Source: an uncultured virus (IMG/VR IMGVR_UViG_3300044701_002566)
Lineage: Duplodnaviria; Heunggongvirae; Uroviricota; Caudoviricetes
DNA: 64,000 bases
Reading direction: 5' to 3' (one strand)
Virus record (IMG/VR): IMGVR_UViG_3300044701_002566
The stretch's first letter is position 1; every line of letters starts with the position of its first letter. A program made the translations under genes and the position numbers. Positions 18,966-29,495 of the stretch are shown piece by piece. The notes beneath the pieces are model-generated. The model saw only the letters and a list, made by a program, of their open reading frames with translations. It searched no databases and had not been told where the DNA came from.

Positions 18966-21854
18966 TTAAGCCTGTTCCAGCTCACTGATGCGACTGTCAA
19001 GAGCTTCCACTTTCTCGATAGCTTCCTGCAATGCGGCCACTAGCAGCGGTACAAGTTTGGCAGCGTCCATTTGCTGATACTCTTCGCCATCCTTCGGGCC
19101 AGTCACGGCCTCTGGCACTACAGCCTGCGTCTCATGCGCCAAGAAGCCGTCCATCGTGCGTCCAGGCTCAGCAATGAAGTTGAAGCGGCATGGCTTCAGC
19201 AGCAGCAGTCGATCAATGGCGGCGGCAATAGGCTCAATGTTCTCTTTAAGCCTGTAGTCAGAACTGGTGTTGTAGGACGTTGTGGAAGTAGTAACGGAAA
19301 TGCTGCCCACTTGATTGCCACTGCGCCGCATGGAAACCACCGATCCATCGCCGTTCCTGTTGAGACTTTGCGGGGTGTCTCCACTGGCGGTGGAATGATG
19401 CACCATTCCATTACCACGAACGGCATGGCCAACAGTGGTGTTACTCAGGCCAGGGGTGAGGGTTGTATCTTGACCGACATAGACCACGCCATTGGTCTTA
19501 ACGTCTTGCGAGCCAAAGTCAGGATCGACTTTTGTGCCGGCAATGGCTGCGCTGGCATTGATGTCATTGTTGACAATGGTGCCATTAAGGATCATCGTGC
19601 TAGTCACCACTCCAGTGCCTGCGCTGGTGATAACAGTGCCGGTTTCGTTGGGGAAGGTGATCGTTTGATCTGCCGTTGGATCAACCACTGCAAGGGTGGT
19701 TTCAAAGCCGTTATCAGTGGCGCCTTCAAACTTGAGACTGCCTGCGCTGCCAATCAGCAGTTCGCCGGTCATCGTGTCGCCGCTCTTCTGCAGCGCAGAA
19801 CTATTCACCTCCTCGATAGCGGTTTGCACATTGGTGCTGCTAATCGTCCCGGAAGGAGTGAAGGACGTGCTGACTGCCGACTGCGCACCATAGGTGCTGC
19901 TCACATCAATCTCACGCCATGCCGTGCCATCCGACAGCAGCAGATCGGGCGGAATCAGGATGCCAGAGGGCGCAGGAGAGCTGCCGGTGCCAGACGCTGA
20001 AACGACAACGTAGTAGCTGGAGTTGGTCGAAGATGCCGCAGGCAGGCCGCTGCCGGCAGTGAGGCCGATTGCAGTGCCAGCAGCAGTTGTGCTCTCCACT
20101 TGATTAACGGAGGCATCGTAAGTACCAGCAAAGACGATCTCGCCAACAGTTACGCCAATTGGCTGCCAAACGTTTGCGTCCCAGAGGTAGAACGCTTTGT
20201 CCAATGGATTGAAGAAGATTTGCCCAACGAAGTCAGCAACAGGCGTGGTTTCTCCGATCTTGGCCGTGGAATAGTCGGCCAGCTTCTCGCCTGTAATAGC
20301 ATCATCGGCAATCAGTGCAGTGCCGAAGGAGCCAGTGCCAATCTTGCTTGCATCGAGCGTGGGCAGGTCCGAAGACGACAACGCAACTGCAGCAGAGATG
20401 TGTCCCTCGTTGTCGAAAGTGAAGCCATTGATGGTTTGCCCCGATACGACATTCACATGGCTAAGAACTCCACTAGCCACGGCCAAGCCTGCACCAGGCT
20501 GCACTGCGCCAGGAGAGCCGCTAGTCGCAAGCGGCAAATCAGAAGCGGCAATGGAGCGGAATACAGGAGAGGCATCGTCCCCGGTTTCAGGGCCAGCCCA
20601 GAATGTTGTTGCAGCCTGCGGACTTCCACTGACATAGATGACAGCACTGAAGTTGTCAGGGTAAGAACCGGAAAACACCAGCGGAGTAGAGCCAGAAAAG
20701 CTGATTTCAGAAATACCATGGAGACGCTGCCATTCGCTTCCAGTCCATGTGTATTCAAAGCCCGTGCCACTATTGACGTGCTGCTGACCGACAAAGGCTC
20801 CACTCCCCACAGGAGTAGAGGCGGCCACTACCACGGCAGAGTTGTCTTCTAGCTTGTCCGCCGTCACTGCATTATTGCCGAGCTTGGCAGTGATCACCGC
20901 CCCGTCAGCAAGCTCTCCAGAGCCCACTACGCCACTGGCAATGGTAGTGGCAAAGGTGCCGCTCCCCGTGCCGGTAACGTCTCCAGTGAGCGTGATGGTT
21001 TGATCGCCCGTGTTAGTGCCAGTGCTGGTGCCGCTGAAGCTGCTTCCATCCGTCCAAGCACCGCTTGCTTGAGCCAAGTTACCCAGTCCCAAGGTGGCGC
21101 GTTGCGTTGCCGCATCAGCGTCATCTAGGAGCGCCCTTCCTGCTGCTGTGCAAGTCACCTCCTCGACGATGCCACTACCTGCAGAGCTGCGCCCCAGAAG
21201 CCGGTCGGGTGAAACGTTCTGAATGCGGTCGTAGGTGACGCCACTCGGAGTCAACTGAGTGGTCCCAATAGAGCCTGCAGCCACTTGAGCAGCAACGATC
21301 GTGCCACTAGCAATCTGAGCAGCAGTGATGGTGCCGCTGGCGATCTTCGCAGCCGTTACGCTGCCATCGGCATACGCTGCAGTGCCGAGCCCCGAAGCAC
21401 TAATCTGAGCCGTTGTGATGGTGCCGCTGGCAATCTTTGCCGCAGTGATCGAGCCATCACTGATTCCTGAAGCGCCCAGTACAACCTGTTGATAGGCGCT
21501 GCCGTTGTAAACCTGAAGATTCCCAGTGGAGCTATTGAAGAAGCCACGCCCTTCAAAGTTGTCACCACTAGGAGCCGTGGTTTGAACTGCAATCGAACTG
21601 TCGTTGGCTAGCTTCGCTGCAGTGATAGCATCGTCTGCAATGCCACTTGTTCCAATCTTCGTTGCACTAGCTTGATCAAGCAGGCCAAGGTTAATACTGC
21701 CGCTTGGCACTAGCGCAATGCCAGCGTTCATCAAGTCGCTAACTGTTATCTTCTTGGTCTGCGACGAAGAAACATCGGCAATGGGGAGGAGATCGCCAGA
21801 GGCTACTGCCGACTGAGGCAATGACGGAAGTTGCGAGATTCTCTGATCAGCCAA
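18966..21854 (-). CDS. Tail fibre with C-terminal peptidase S74 intramolecular chaperone
   Basis: IADxAITAAK repeats; SDYRLKENI...GFLAHE...LVPLLVAALQE. Confidence 0.88.
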   Translation of the reverse strand: MADQRISQLPSLPQSAVASGDLLPIADVSSSQTKKITVSDLMNAGIALVPSGSINLGLLDQASATKIGTSGIADDAITAAKLANDSSIAVQTTAPSGDNFEGRGFFNSSTGNLQVYNGSAYQQVVLGASGISDGSITAAKIASGTITTAQISASGLGTAAYADGSVTAAKIASGTITAAQIASGTIVAAQVAAGSIGTTQLTPSGVTYDRIQNVSPDRLLGRSSAGSGIVEEVTCTAAGRALLDDADAATQRATLGLGNLAQASGAWTDGSSFSGTSTGTNTGDQTITLTGDVTGTGSGTFATTIASGVVGSGELADGAVITAKLGNNAVTADKLEDNSAVVVAASTPVGSGAFVGQQHVNSGTGFEYTWTGSEWQRLHGISEISFSGSTPLVFSGSYPDNFSAVIYVSGSPQAATTFWAGPETGDDASPVFRSIAASDLPLATSGSPGAVQPGAGLAVASGVLSHVNVVSGQTINGFTFDNEGHISAAVALSSSDLPTLDASKIGTGSFGTALIADDAITGEKLADYSTAKIGETTPVADFVGQIFFNPLDKAFYLWDANVWQPIGVTVGEIVFAGTYDASVNQVESTTAAGTAIGLTAGSGLPAASSTNSSYYVVVSASGTGSSPAPSGILIPPDLLLSDGTAWREIDVSSTYGAQSAVSTSFTPSGTISSTNVQTAIEEVNSSALQKSGDTMTGELLIGSAGSLKFEGATDNGFETTLAVVDPTADQTITFPNETGTVITSAGTGVVTSTMILNGTIVNNDINASAAIAGTKVDPDFGSQDVKTNGVVYVGQDTTLTPGLSNTTVGHAVRGNGMVHHSTASGDTPQSLNRNGDGSVVSMRRSGNQVGSISVTTSTTSYNTSSDYRLKENIEPIAAAIDRLLLLKPCRFNFIAEPGRTMDGFLAHETQAVVPEAVTGPKDGEEYQQMDAAKLVPLLVAALQEAIEKVEALDSRISELEQA

Positions 21855-21906
21855 AGCGACTCTCCAAGGCGGCTATGTTAAGTCTAATCTTCTTCTGGCG
21901 TGAAGA

Positions 21907-22782
21907 TCAGTCTTCTACTTCCTTAAGCAGGAAGTCTAGCGATTGCTCAAGCTCAATGAGCCCATCGTCTTCCTTCAGAATGTAGCCACTTGGTTCGCCC
22001 ACCAAGAGCTTGATTTCACCAGTGCTTACAAAGTCAATGGTGCAAGCGACGATTTCGTTATCTTGCACGGTGATTCCCGCCCTTGTCACCATGGCCGCCA
22101 CTTCGTAGTAGACACTGTTCACGGCTGGATTCAGGCTGCTGTCCGTAAGGTAGAGCGCAAGATCAAACTCGCTACCAATGTCCAGGCGCTGAATGAGCTG
22201 CAACATCAACAGCGGCATCTCGTTGACACCGCCAGTCCTGTAGTCAAACAAGCAGTCAATACTGCCACTGCCGCTGATCAACCCAGCCGAGTATTGCCGT
22301 CGAAACTTGTCAGCAAGGGTGGTGGTATCAATGGATTCGCGGTCGGTGTTGAATGTATAGCCACTGACGTTGCCGAGCACGTTGTAAGTGGTGTCCTTGA
22401 CTCGCGCTTCAACCAGCAGAGGGTCGCCTGCAAAGCTCGCTAAGGCCACTTCGTTGGCTCTGACATTATTCACGGCATCTTCAAAGGATGCAAAGAAGCG
22501 CAGTCCACCAACAGCATTGACATTGACATAGAGGCTCACTTGATCGTTTACCTGTCCATCAATCCATGTTGAAGCAGGAAAACACAGCAACTTACGAGGG
22601 TCACTGGTGGATAGTTCCAAGCGGTCGCCTGTCAGGAGATTATCAATGGCATTGTCAAAACTCAAGCGATTCAGACTGGTATTGACATCATCAGGAGCAA
22701 TCTGCGCCTCCAAGAAGCCATAGCCAATGCTCGATCCGCGCCTCAGCCGGATGTTGCCCTTGTGACCAACAAAAACCGTCAT
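21907..22782 (-). CDS. Tail-associated protein (tail-tube-like C-terminal half)
   Basis: IDTTTL...GLISGSGSIDC pattern; tail context. Confidence 0.6.
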   Translation of the reverse strand: MTVFVGHKGNIRLRRGSSIGYGFLEAQIAPDDVNTSLNRLSFDNAIDNLLTGDRLELSTSDPRKLLCFPASTWIDGQVNDQVSLYVNVNAVGGLRFFASFEDAVNNVRANEVALASFAGDPLLVEARVKDTTYNVLGNVSGYTFNTDRESIDTTTLADKFRRQYSAGLISGSGSIDCLFDYRTGGVNEMPLLMLQLIQRLDIGSEFDLALYLTDSSLNPAVNSVYYEVAAMVTRAGITVQDNEIVACTIDFVSTGEIKLLVGEPSGYILKEDDGLIELEQSLDFLLKEVED

Positions 22783-22790
22783 ACCTTGCT

Positions 22791-23222
22791 CTATTGAATC
22801 ACATCGATAAAGTCGCCATCCATGGTGAACTGAATGGAAACAATGCTAAGCTCGCCAGTGCTACTCCCTAGCTGAGCGAAGGTAATGAAGGCATCAAGGC
22901 GAATGTCATCTTCTGCCTGATTGCCCACGTTCAAAGTGAGCCGCACCTTTTGATTGTCTGTAATCGCTCCAGTGCGCATGATGTTGCCGAGCAACTGCGT
23001 GAACTCGGTGAGTGTTGCGTTTTCACCGCTCTCAAGCCTGTAATACAAAAGCGTGGCGCTGCCAGTGGCGCCCTTAACGCCAGGCGTGAATGTATTGGCA
23101 ACGCTACTAATGTCGTTCGTTGATAGCAGCTCAACGCTAGTCTCCAAAGACCAGTCACGGATCTTGGCTACGGGCTTTCCGTTAAATACCAATGATCCAG
23201 TGCGCCCAGTATAGAAGCCCAT
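22791..23222 (-). CDS. Tail-tube-like minor protein
   Basis: AKIRDWSLE...PGVKGATGS pattern. Confidence 0.6.
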   Translation of the reverse strand: MGFYTGRTGSLVFNGKPVAKIRDWSLETSVELLSTNDISSVANTFTPGVKGATGSATLLYYRLESGENATLTEFTQLLGNIMRTGAITDNQKVRLTLNVGNQAEDDIRLDAFITFAQLGSSTGELSIVSIQFTMDGDFIDVIQ

Positions 23223-23351
23223 CTCAACGGTTGTTTTTTTACTAGCTTAGCCACTTGACTGTGAAACAGTCATGAAATGCTGTGCGACTGGTCGGGTTAG
23301 CTTTCCGGGGTCAGCAGATTAGCAGTCATGCGATTTTGCGAAAGCAAAGAC

Positions 23352-23903
23352 TTATGGATACGATTGCCCTGGAGCAAGCGCGTAAAACTCGGACACTGCA
23401 AGCCAGCTATTCGGATTCCTGATTTGCACATAGCGAGCCGTGAAGTTAACAGAAAAGCTATAGATGCCTTCTGCGGCAAAGGAGCCAGTGTTGAACGCAG
23501 TCGTCCAGGAGCTGCCATCAAGAGAGTGCTCAACAATGCAGTTCTCTGTGTAGAACTTTGAGAATCCGCCTGGTATGTTTGCGGTCGCAGTTCCCACGAC
23601 GACGGTGCCAACTACATAAGGCTGCCCCAAATCCGCCTGCACCCATCCAGGGTTCCCTGTAGCAGTAGCTGTGTTCGTGAACGAGCCATCGGTCATGTTT
23701 GCATTTGCAGCATTCGGCCCACCAGCGCCATAGTTTGCTGACTGTGTATAAGCAATAGATGCAACGTTTATGTTTGTGATGCCCAGAGGCCAAATTCCTT
23801 CACGCTTTGCCACACCTTGCTCATTCTGAAACCACAAGCCTGATGCCACTCCAACACTAGGCACCCTGCGCTTCCCGAGCAGCCCGCCATTGAAACCCAG
23901 CAT
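23352..23903 (-). CDS. Discoidin-domain tail accessory protein, copy 2
   Basis: 14 of 183 residues differ from copy 1. Confidence 0.8.
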   Translation of the reverse strand: MLGFNGGLLGKRRVPSVGVASGLWFQNEQGVAKREGIWPLGITNINVASIAYTQSANYGAGGPNAANANMTDGSFTNTATATGNPGWVQADLGQPYVVGTVVVGTATANIPGGFSKFYTENCIVEHSLDGSSWTTAFNTGSFAAEGIYSFSVNFTARYVQIRNPNSWLAVSEFYALAPGQSYP

Positions 23904-24262
23904 CAGGCGATCTCCTCGTAGCAGATCACCAGCTCCAGGTCACCAGCGGCGCTGGCCTTGGCCCTGAGGCTGTGCCCTTCCTCCAGATAGATCGGCGCCT
24001 CTCGCGTCACAAGCACCTGAGTGGCATCGGCCGGCACTGCGATCGTCTTGGCCAGGCTGTAGTCCGTTGTGCCGTTGTAGTGCGTCAGATCAATGTCTGC
24101 CGCTGCTGCACCATCCACATTGGCGCAATACACCGACACCACCTTCAGGGTCTTTCCCGACGCAGCGCCATTACTCAGTGCTGCGGCCAGTGAAGTCGTC
24201 ACGGCATAGCCAACAGTCTTGCCCTTGACAGTCGTTGGGCTTTTGAGATTGGGAGCGGCCAC
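23903..24262 (-). CDS. Virion adaptor-like protein, copy 2 (GTG start)
   Basis: 4 of 119 residues differ from copy 1. Confidence 0.75.
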   Translation of the reverse strand: MAAPNLKSPTTVKGKTVGYAVTTSLAAALSNGAASGKTLKVVSVYCANVDGAAAADIDLTHYNGTTDYSLAKTIAVPADATQVLVTREAPIYLEEGHSLRAKASAAGDLELVICYEEIA

Positions 24263-24320
24263 GTTACCTACAACCAGTTCTTCTCATCTTAACCGCAAAT
24301 CAAAACGTTGCAGCATTCGG

Positions 24321-24461
24321 TCAATCAGCCCACCAGTCGGGATAGCTTTCAGCCCACCAACCGTAAACTTGCTCGCCCCAGTCCGACCAAAAAACATCGT
24401 CGTTTTGGATCTCTTCGTCTACAGGTGTCAAATAGAGAGCTATGGCAAGAGGTAATAGCAT
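24321..24461 (-). CDS. 46-aa micro-ORF with Trp-rich C-terminal motif
   Basis: Hand translation: MLLPLAIALYLTPVDEEIQNDDVFWSDWGEQVYGWWAESYPDWWAD*. Confidence 0.65.
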   Translation of the reverse strand: MLLPLAIALYLTPVDEEIQNDDVFWSDWGEQVYGWWAESYPDWWAD

Positions 24462-24467
24462 GACCGC

Positions 24468-25025
24468 TTAAACCACGAAATAGCCAATGCTCAGCCTGAC
24501 TGCAGAGCCAGATGCCGGCGTCCATGCCGATAGTGTTTGCGGGATGGCATAAACACTGCTGGCTCCAGAGGCTAGAGCGCAATGAAGATTGCTGGTATTG
24601 CTTTGATAGTAAACAAAGGCACCCAAGTCCACGGGGCTAGTTGCATCAATGAAACCCTGATAGGAAGTCATGTCGCCGCTACTGACGATCAGTGCAACGT
24701 TGTCTGCGGCTCCGCTAGGAGGATTTGAGTACAAGTGAAATCGCATTGTTCCAATGCCAGCAGGCGCGCCGCTTGCAGCAATTGCAGCAGTAAAGTTCGA
24801 CACGTAAATGTCTCCCCCTTTGTTGCTGATGCCACTCACAGTGACGTAGCTGCTGCCGCTGGGGAGAATGGCGTCTCCGGCGTCATACTGCAATGCGTCC
24901 GCTGGTCGGCTATACGTCGCCGTTACCTTGCTTCCGTTGCTTCTAACGGCAAGACCTCCATCGCTTTCCTCTCCCCGAACCAGCACTGATTCGTACTGCT
25001 CTCCATCCAGGATCCTTTGTGCCAT
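24468..25025 (-). CDS. Putative virion protein
   Basis: Ser/Ala/Gly-rich, beta-type sequence in the tail cluster. Confidence 0.65.
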   Translation of the reverse strand: MAQRILDGEQYESVLVRGEESDGGLAVRSNGSKVTATYSRPADALQYDAGDAILPSGSSYVTVSGISNKGGDIYVSNFTAAIAASGAPAGIGTMRFHLYSNPPSGAADNVALIVSSGDMTSYQGFIDATSPVDLGAFVYYQSNTSNLHCALASGASSVYAIPQTLSAWTPASGSAVRLSIGYFVV

Positions 25026-25068
25026 TGTGCTTTTTGTTCAGTCTATAGAGTCATTGTCGCACATGAGA

Positions 25069-28000
25069 TTAACCAGCCCACCACACCGGATAGCTTTCGG
25101 CGTTCCATGTGTAGTTCTGAATCGCCCAACTGTCCCAATAGGACTCCTCTGGTTCGACTGGTGGCTCGATGGGAGGCTCAACAGGAGGCTCAAGCACTGT
25201 TTCCACGCCAGTATTGTCTGCTTCCACCCTGAACAAAGATGGCGCAAAGTTAGCCACTCGACTCAAGAGCTTGCTTCCCGATTCCTCGCACGGATGCTCC
25301 ATTGCCTTAACCGTCACCTCACCCTCTTCGTCCATCGCAACCTCTGTCACCCGGAACACTCGTTTCTTGTTGCTCTTGATGCCAAGCACAAACATTGCGC
25401 CCTTGTAGCCAGTGAGCGCAGATGCCGTCACCTCTCCAGTGGTGCCGTTTGTGGCTACGGTTACACCAGAAAAACTCTTAACCTTCTCTCCGGCTTTGTA
25501 GAGCAGCACTGAATACTGACCATTAGTGATTGAGCTTTTTAAGGGGATGTTCAGTTTGCCGCCTTCCATCACCATGCCAGAAGACACTCGGTCCCAAGTA
25601 TTGAGGCCAATGTCAACATAGATGTAGTCACCAGGGGCAATGGGAGAATCAGTGGGGAAGGTCTGAAACTCAACCCCTCTGCGCATCCATCGCCGCTGAT
25701 TGCACAGCAGTTTGCCAAATAGAATGGCTTGCTCTCGTTGTGTTACGAACTGAGACAGATCGAAAGTTTGCCGGATGGCAGTAGCTTCCCGCACGTCAGC
25801 AAGGCTCACTTGCACGCTTGCATTGCGAGGGAATACATCCTGAACTTCAGTGTCTCGATAAATGACGGTGGCAATCAAGTCTTGCGAACTGTCGCCATAG
25901 TCAACAAACTCTTCCTTGTAGCTGCCTTCAAGAATGTTGCCTGCAGTGAACATCGCGCTCACTGTCACTTCACGATTGGCAACACCATTCTTATTGGTCG
26001 GCACTGCTGGGATGAGTGTTTCCCTGCCGCCGATCTTTGCCATCTCCAGGAGGCTGTAAGGAGCCGCCTCGGCCCAGAACTGCCGCCAAGATGACAGGTC
26101 GGCAATCACACCGTCCATGAACAATTGACAGCCCAGTCCATTGTTCTTGCAAAACCGCTTAGACAGCGCGAGCATGTCCCAGTTGATGCCTTCAGGCTTG
26201 GCATACTTGCCGATGCCATTCTCCACATCGAGCACCGTATCAGTGAAGATGTCAGGCGCGTAGCTAGTGCTCTCACTGCTCAGTGTTCTCGCGCCGCTGG
26301 CTTCGTTCACCACCCAACTTTCCTTGCCTTCCTTCACAAAGGCAGTGATCGAACGCAAGTCTTGAACACCCTTCCCCGAATAGACGCCAAGAGCCATCAT
26401 GCTCATGCTGTCATACTTACCACCAACGCTTCCTTCCTGCTGTTCTGTGACTGCCGTAATCTTGAACTCAGGGCCGCCTTCAAAGCTGAACTGCGTACTG
26501 GTATCAGAGCGAACAGAGAACAAGTCCCATTCATTCGTGTAGATGGGACCACGCTCTTCCAGGGCGCCTTTGTTCAACAGCCCGGCATCTACCAGGCTGC
26601 CGGTCCACTTGATTCGACCACTATCGCCAAGGGCATAGCTTGATCGCTTACCACTGTTCTCAATGAAGGCAAACTGTTGCTGCCCGTTGTCAAGCGTCTC
26701 TGCCCCAATGTCACCAATGGGTTCAATCTTGAACTCCCACTTGCTTTTAGATGGAGCCTTGAAGTCAAGGCCAATGAAACTATCTTGATCCGCTGCGCGT
26801 CTTACGGCAAAGACGATGGGAATAGAAGTGTAGTTGCTCTCTCCAGTAACCCTATAGGACACCTTGAAGAAGCCAATGCGCCCTTGGATGCCGTTGTCAC
26901 TCATCTTGTAGCCTTCAGGCGCGTCCTTCTCTCCGTACTTCTTTTGCCTTCCTTGGATGCGACGGAACAGCTTGCAGCGAAGCGAGAACTTCACATAGTC
27001 ACAAGCCGTGATGGTTTGATAGGCCGCAGAATCCGCCTTGACCAGGCACTTCGTATAGAAGTTGTCATCAGCAGCGCCTTGCAAGTCCTCCCAGTTCTTC
27101 AGTCCATAATCAAGGAAGTTCAGGGCTTCTTCTTTCTCTTGAATGAGAGAGAGCATGTAGCCCTTGACTGCATCCACGCCAATAGCATCGCTAGTGGATT
27201 CTCCTTTCAGGTCGGCGATGCGTCGCTTGATGGCGACAATACCACCAGTGCCATAGCGATTGCCGTCGAGGCCCACGAAGGAGCCAGTGGTTCTGCGCAA
27301 GAACTGAGAATAAGCCTTGCGTCGAGCGGCGATGTTGTCGCTCAGAAGATCGTCCTTCTCCTCCCTCCTGCGTTCAATCTGCTTCTCAAGCTCTGCAATC
27401 TTCTTGCCACTAACGTCTAGCTTGGTGCCGTCCGTGAGCACCTTGTTGCCACTGATTGTGACAGTCTTGGGATTGAGCTTATACACTTGCACAATGCGCC
27501 TTTCAAGCTCCTCCTTGAGGCGCTCAATGTCTTGCTTGACTGCCTGCACTGCCTCGTTCTTTTTCGCTTCCTTGCGCAAGTCTTTGTCGTAGTCACCAGC
27601 CAGCACATCATCACGAAGCTGCCTCACTTTCTCCAGGTCGTCATCAAGCTCTTTGCGCAATGCAGCAACAGACAGGCGCGGCTTCTCTGCCAGGAAACGA
27701 TCCAGTTCTTTGCGTGAACTTGCAATGGAGCCGCTGCGTGTAACTACATAGCTTTGCTTCTTGTCCAGCTCATCCGTCCACTTAATCGTCTCCGTGCCAG
27801 TGAAGGAATACTTCTTGCCAAGGAAGTTGAAGGAAACGTCGCCAGTTTGCTCAGTGGTATTGCCGTAGTAGCCGTTGTCCGTGATACGCCGCAGCGCATC
27901 GGGCACTGCTGCCGACTTAGGGGCATCGTCTGCGATGGAGGGGCCAGTGGCTTGAGCGTCTGTCGCAGGCGCCTTCAGAACGTCCCTGGCGGTCTCCAGC

Positions 28001-29115
28001 TTCAGTCGGTCGTCATCGTCCCACGACCTTGCCTTCGTCTCGTCATAAGGCGCAGAAGGCCGCCTCCCAGCCTCCACGCATTCAAACTTAGCCTCCACCT
28101 CGTTCTTGTCGAGGTTGGTTTCATCTGTGACGGAAACGAGCTTGAACTTGGCGCTGCCCAGCATGTAGACAGCAGCCTGATCCAGCGACGACACCATTTG
28201 ATAGCGCAGGTTCTTGGCAGCCTCCTGCGCCACTTTGTCTTGACGCTTAAATGCCTTCTCAAAGACAATCGTGAGCGTATCGCCCTTCTTGTAACGCACG
28301 TCTCCACCAGACTGCCAGCTCTCGCCTTTAATCCTGATGCCCAGAGAAGCCCAGTCAGGGGTGCCAGAAGTGCGACGCTCCTGAATGTCCACGTTCACTG
28401 GAATGGGATCGTAAATACCAATGGTGGTGAGGCTGCTGGGAGTGAAAGCCTGGCTGTAGCCACTCAGTCGCTTATCACCATCGCGCAGTTGACACACGTC
28501 AGCCGAAGATGGTGAGCCGTCCCTTGTTGGATCTTTACCATCGCCCAACACCTTGTCGTTGTAAACAACGCGACCATCTTCGTTGTAATAGAGCCAAGTG
28601 TTTGCTCCGCTGAACTGTCCAAGAGGAAGCTGGCCAAAGGCCACCCTGTCGAAGTCAATAGTCTTTACCTTCGCAGCGCCGACCAGCAGGAGCAGTTGCA
28701 TGAACTGACTGCTGCCATAGCTGTCAACGGCAGACCATACCAGAGACGTTGCAACCCGCACCGATCCACGAGGATTAGCCTTGGAGCAGTAGACAAGATT
28801 GACGGGCTGCCCATACTGCGCCAGTTCCTGAGAGGAGTTGAAGCCATGGCGAGGGCTGAAGCGTTGTTCCCTGGCGCGGCGCTGGTTCTGCTCTTCCGGC
28901 TTAGGCGCAAGCAGCGCTGCCGCCACTTGGAAGATCATGCCAACAATGGTGAGGATCAGTGCAACTTCAGCGACACCGTTTTGAGGCTTTTCTAGCTTCT
29001 GTTCTGGCGACTGCTCACAATCCCTTGTCGCCATCAAGAAGTCAAGGTACTCTTCCTTCGTGACGCCAAGCGCCTCTACCAACTGATGCTCGTAAGGCAG
29101 TAGTGGACGCTTCAT
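25069..29115 (-). CDS. Large tail tip/host-specificity protein (lambda J-like position)
   Basis: 1348 aa, after the M/L/K-like genes; central coiled-coil segment; Trp-rich C-terminus. Confidence 0.8.
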   Translation of the reverse strand: MKRPLLPYEHQLVEALGVTKEEYLDFLMATRDCEQSPEQKLEKPQNGVAEVALILTIVGMIFQVAAALLAPKPEEQNQRRAREQRFSPRHGFNSSQELAQYGQPVNLVYCSKANPRGSVRVATSLVWSAVDSYGSSQFMQLLLLVGAAKVKTIDFDRVAFGQLPLGQFSGANTWLYYNEDGRVVYNDKVLGDGKDPTRDGSPSSADVCQLRDGDKRLSGYSQAFTPSSLTTIGIYDPIPVNVDIQERRTSGTPDWASLGIRIKGESWQSGGDVRYKKGDTLTIVFEKAFKRQDKVAQEAAKNLRYQMVSSLDQAAVYMLGSAKFKLVSVTDETNLDKNEVEAKFECVEAGRRPSAPYDETKARSWDDDDRLKLETARDVLKAPATDAQATGPSIADDAPKSAAVPDALRRITDNGYYGNTTEQTGDVSFNFLGKKYSFTGTETIKWTDELDKKQSYVVTRSGSIASSRKELDRFLAEKPRLSVAALRKELDDDLEKVRQLRDDVLAGDYDKDLRKEAKKNEAVQAVKQDIERLKEELERRIVQVYKLNPKTVTISGNKVLTDGTKLDVSGKKIAELEKQIERRREEKDDLLSDNIAARRKAYSQFLRRTTGSFVGLDGNRYGTGGIVAIKRRIADLKGESTSDAIGVDAVKGYMLSLIQEKEEALNFLDYGLKNWEDLQGAADDNFYTKCLVKADSAAYQTITACDYVKFSLRCKLFRRIQGRQKKYGEKDAPEGYKMSDNGIQGRIGFFKVSYRVTGESNYTSIPIVFAVRRAADQDSFIGLDFKAPSKSKWEFKIEPIGDIGAETLDNGQQQFAFIENSGKRSSYALGDSGRIKWTGSLVDAGLLNKGALEERGPIYTNEWDLFSVRSDTSTQFSFEGGPEFKITAVTEQQEGSVGGKYDSMSMMALGVYSGKGVQDLRSITAFVKEGKESWVVNEASGARTLSSESTSYAPDIFTDTVLDVENGIGKYAKPEGINWDMLALSKRFCKNNGLGCQLFMDGVIADLSSWRQFWAEAAPYSLLEMAKIGGRETLIPAVPTNKNGVANREVTVSAMFTAGNILEGSYKEEFVDYGDSSQDLIATVIYRDTEVQDVFPRNASVQVSLADVREATAIRQTFDLSQFVTQREQAILFGKLLCNQRRWMRRGVEFQTFPTDSPIAPGDYIYVDIGLNTWDRVSSGMVMEGGKLNIPLKSSITNGQYSVLLYKAGEKVKSFSGVTVATNGTTGEVTASALTGYKGAMFVLGIKSNKKRVFRVTEVAMDEEGEVTVKAMEHPCEESGSKLLSRVANFAPSLFRVEADNTGVETVLEPPVEPPIEPPVEPEESYWDSWAIQNYTWNAESYPVWWAG

Positions 29116-29495
29116 TTGTGCAGTCTAAAATAGTGCCCAGCGTTAGGCGGCAACGCGGCAATCACAACGCCATTTCTCTTGTGAATGTGAAGGATGCGCC
29201 CATCATCCATCACTGTTCCCATGGCCCCTCCATTATCTCCTTCCATAAGTACAACGGCATGAGGTTCTGGCCCATCTAGGCGCGTACCATTCTTGAGCAG
29301 CCACCTAGCCATGAACCACGATGGCAGGGAATCATCAGTGTACTTCTCAAACACCCATGCAAAGTCGGGCGCATAGTCGTAATAGCCCAATCGCTTATGC
29401 ACTTCTGCTGCCAACAAGCAGCAATCAACAGTGCCGCTGCCATCACCAGGCGCTGCCGCCCATGCCCTCGTAAGACCAATCAAGTCGTTCGTCAT
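29112..29495 (-). CDS. NlpC/P60-like tail assembly protein (K-like)
   Basis: VDCCLL motif and gene position. Confidence 0.65.
   Translation of the reverse strand: MTNDLIGLTRAWAAAPGDGSGTVDCCLLAAEVHKRLGYYDYAPDFAWVFEKYTDDSLPSWFMARWLLKNGTRLDGPEPHAVVLMEGDNGGAMGTVMDDGRILHIHKRNGVVIAALPPNAGHYFRLHK

Noticed and set aside
14100..24262. Template/variable repeat pair for the duplicated discoidin gene
   Set aside because: Differences are not adenine-specific and both copies are intact full genes.
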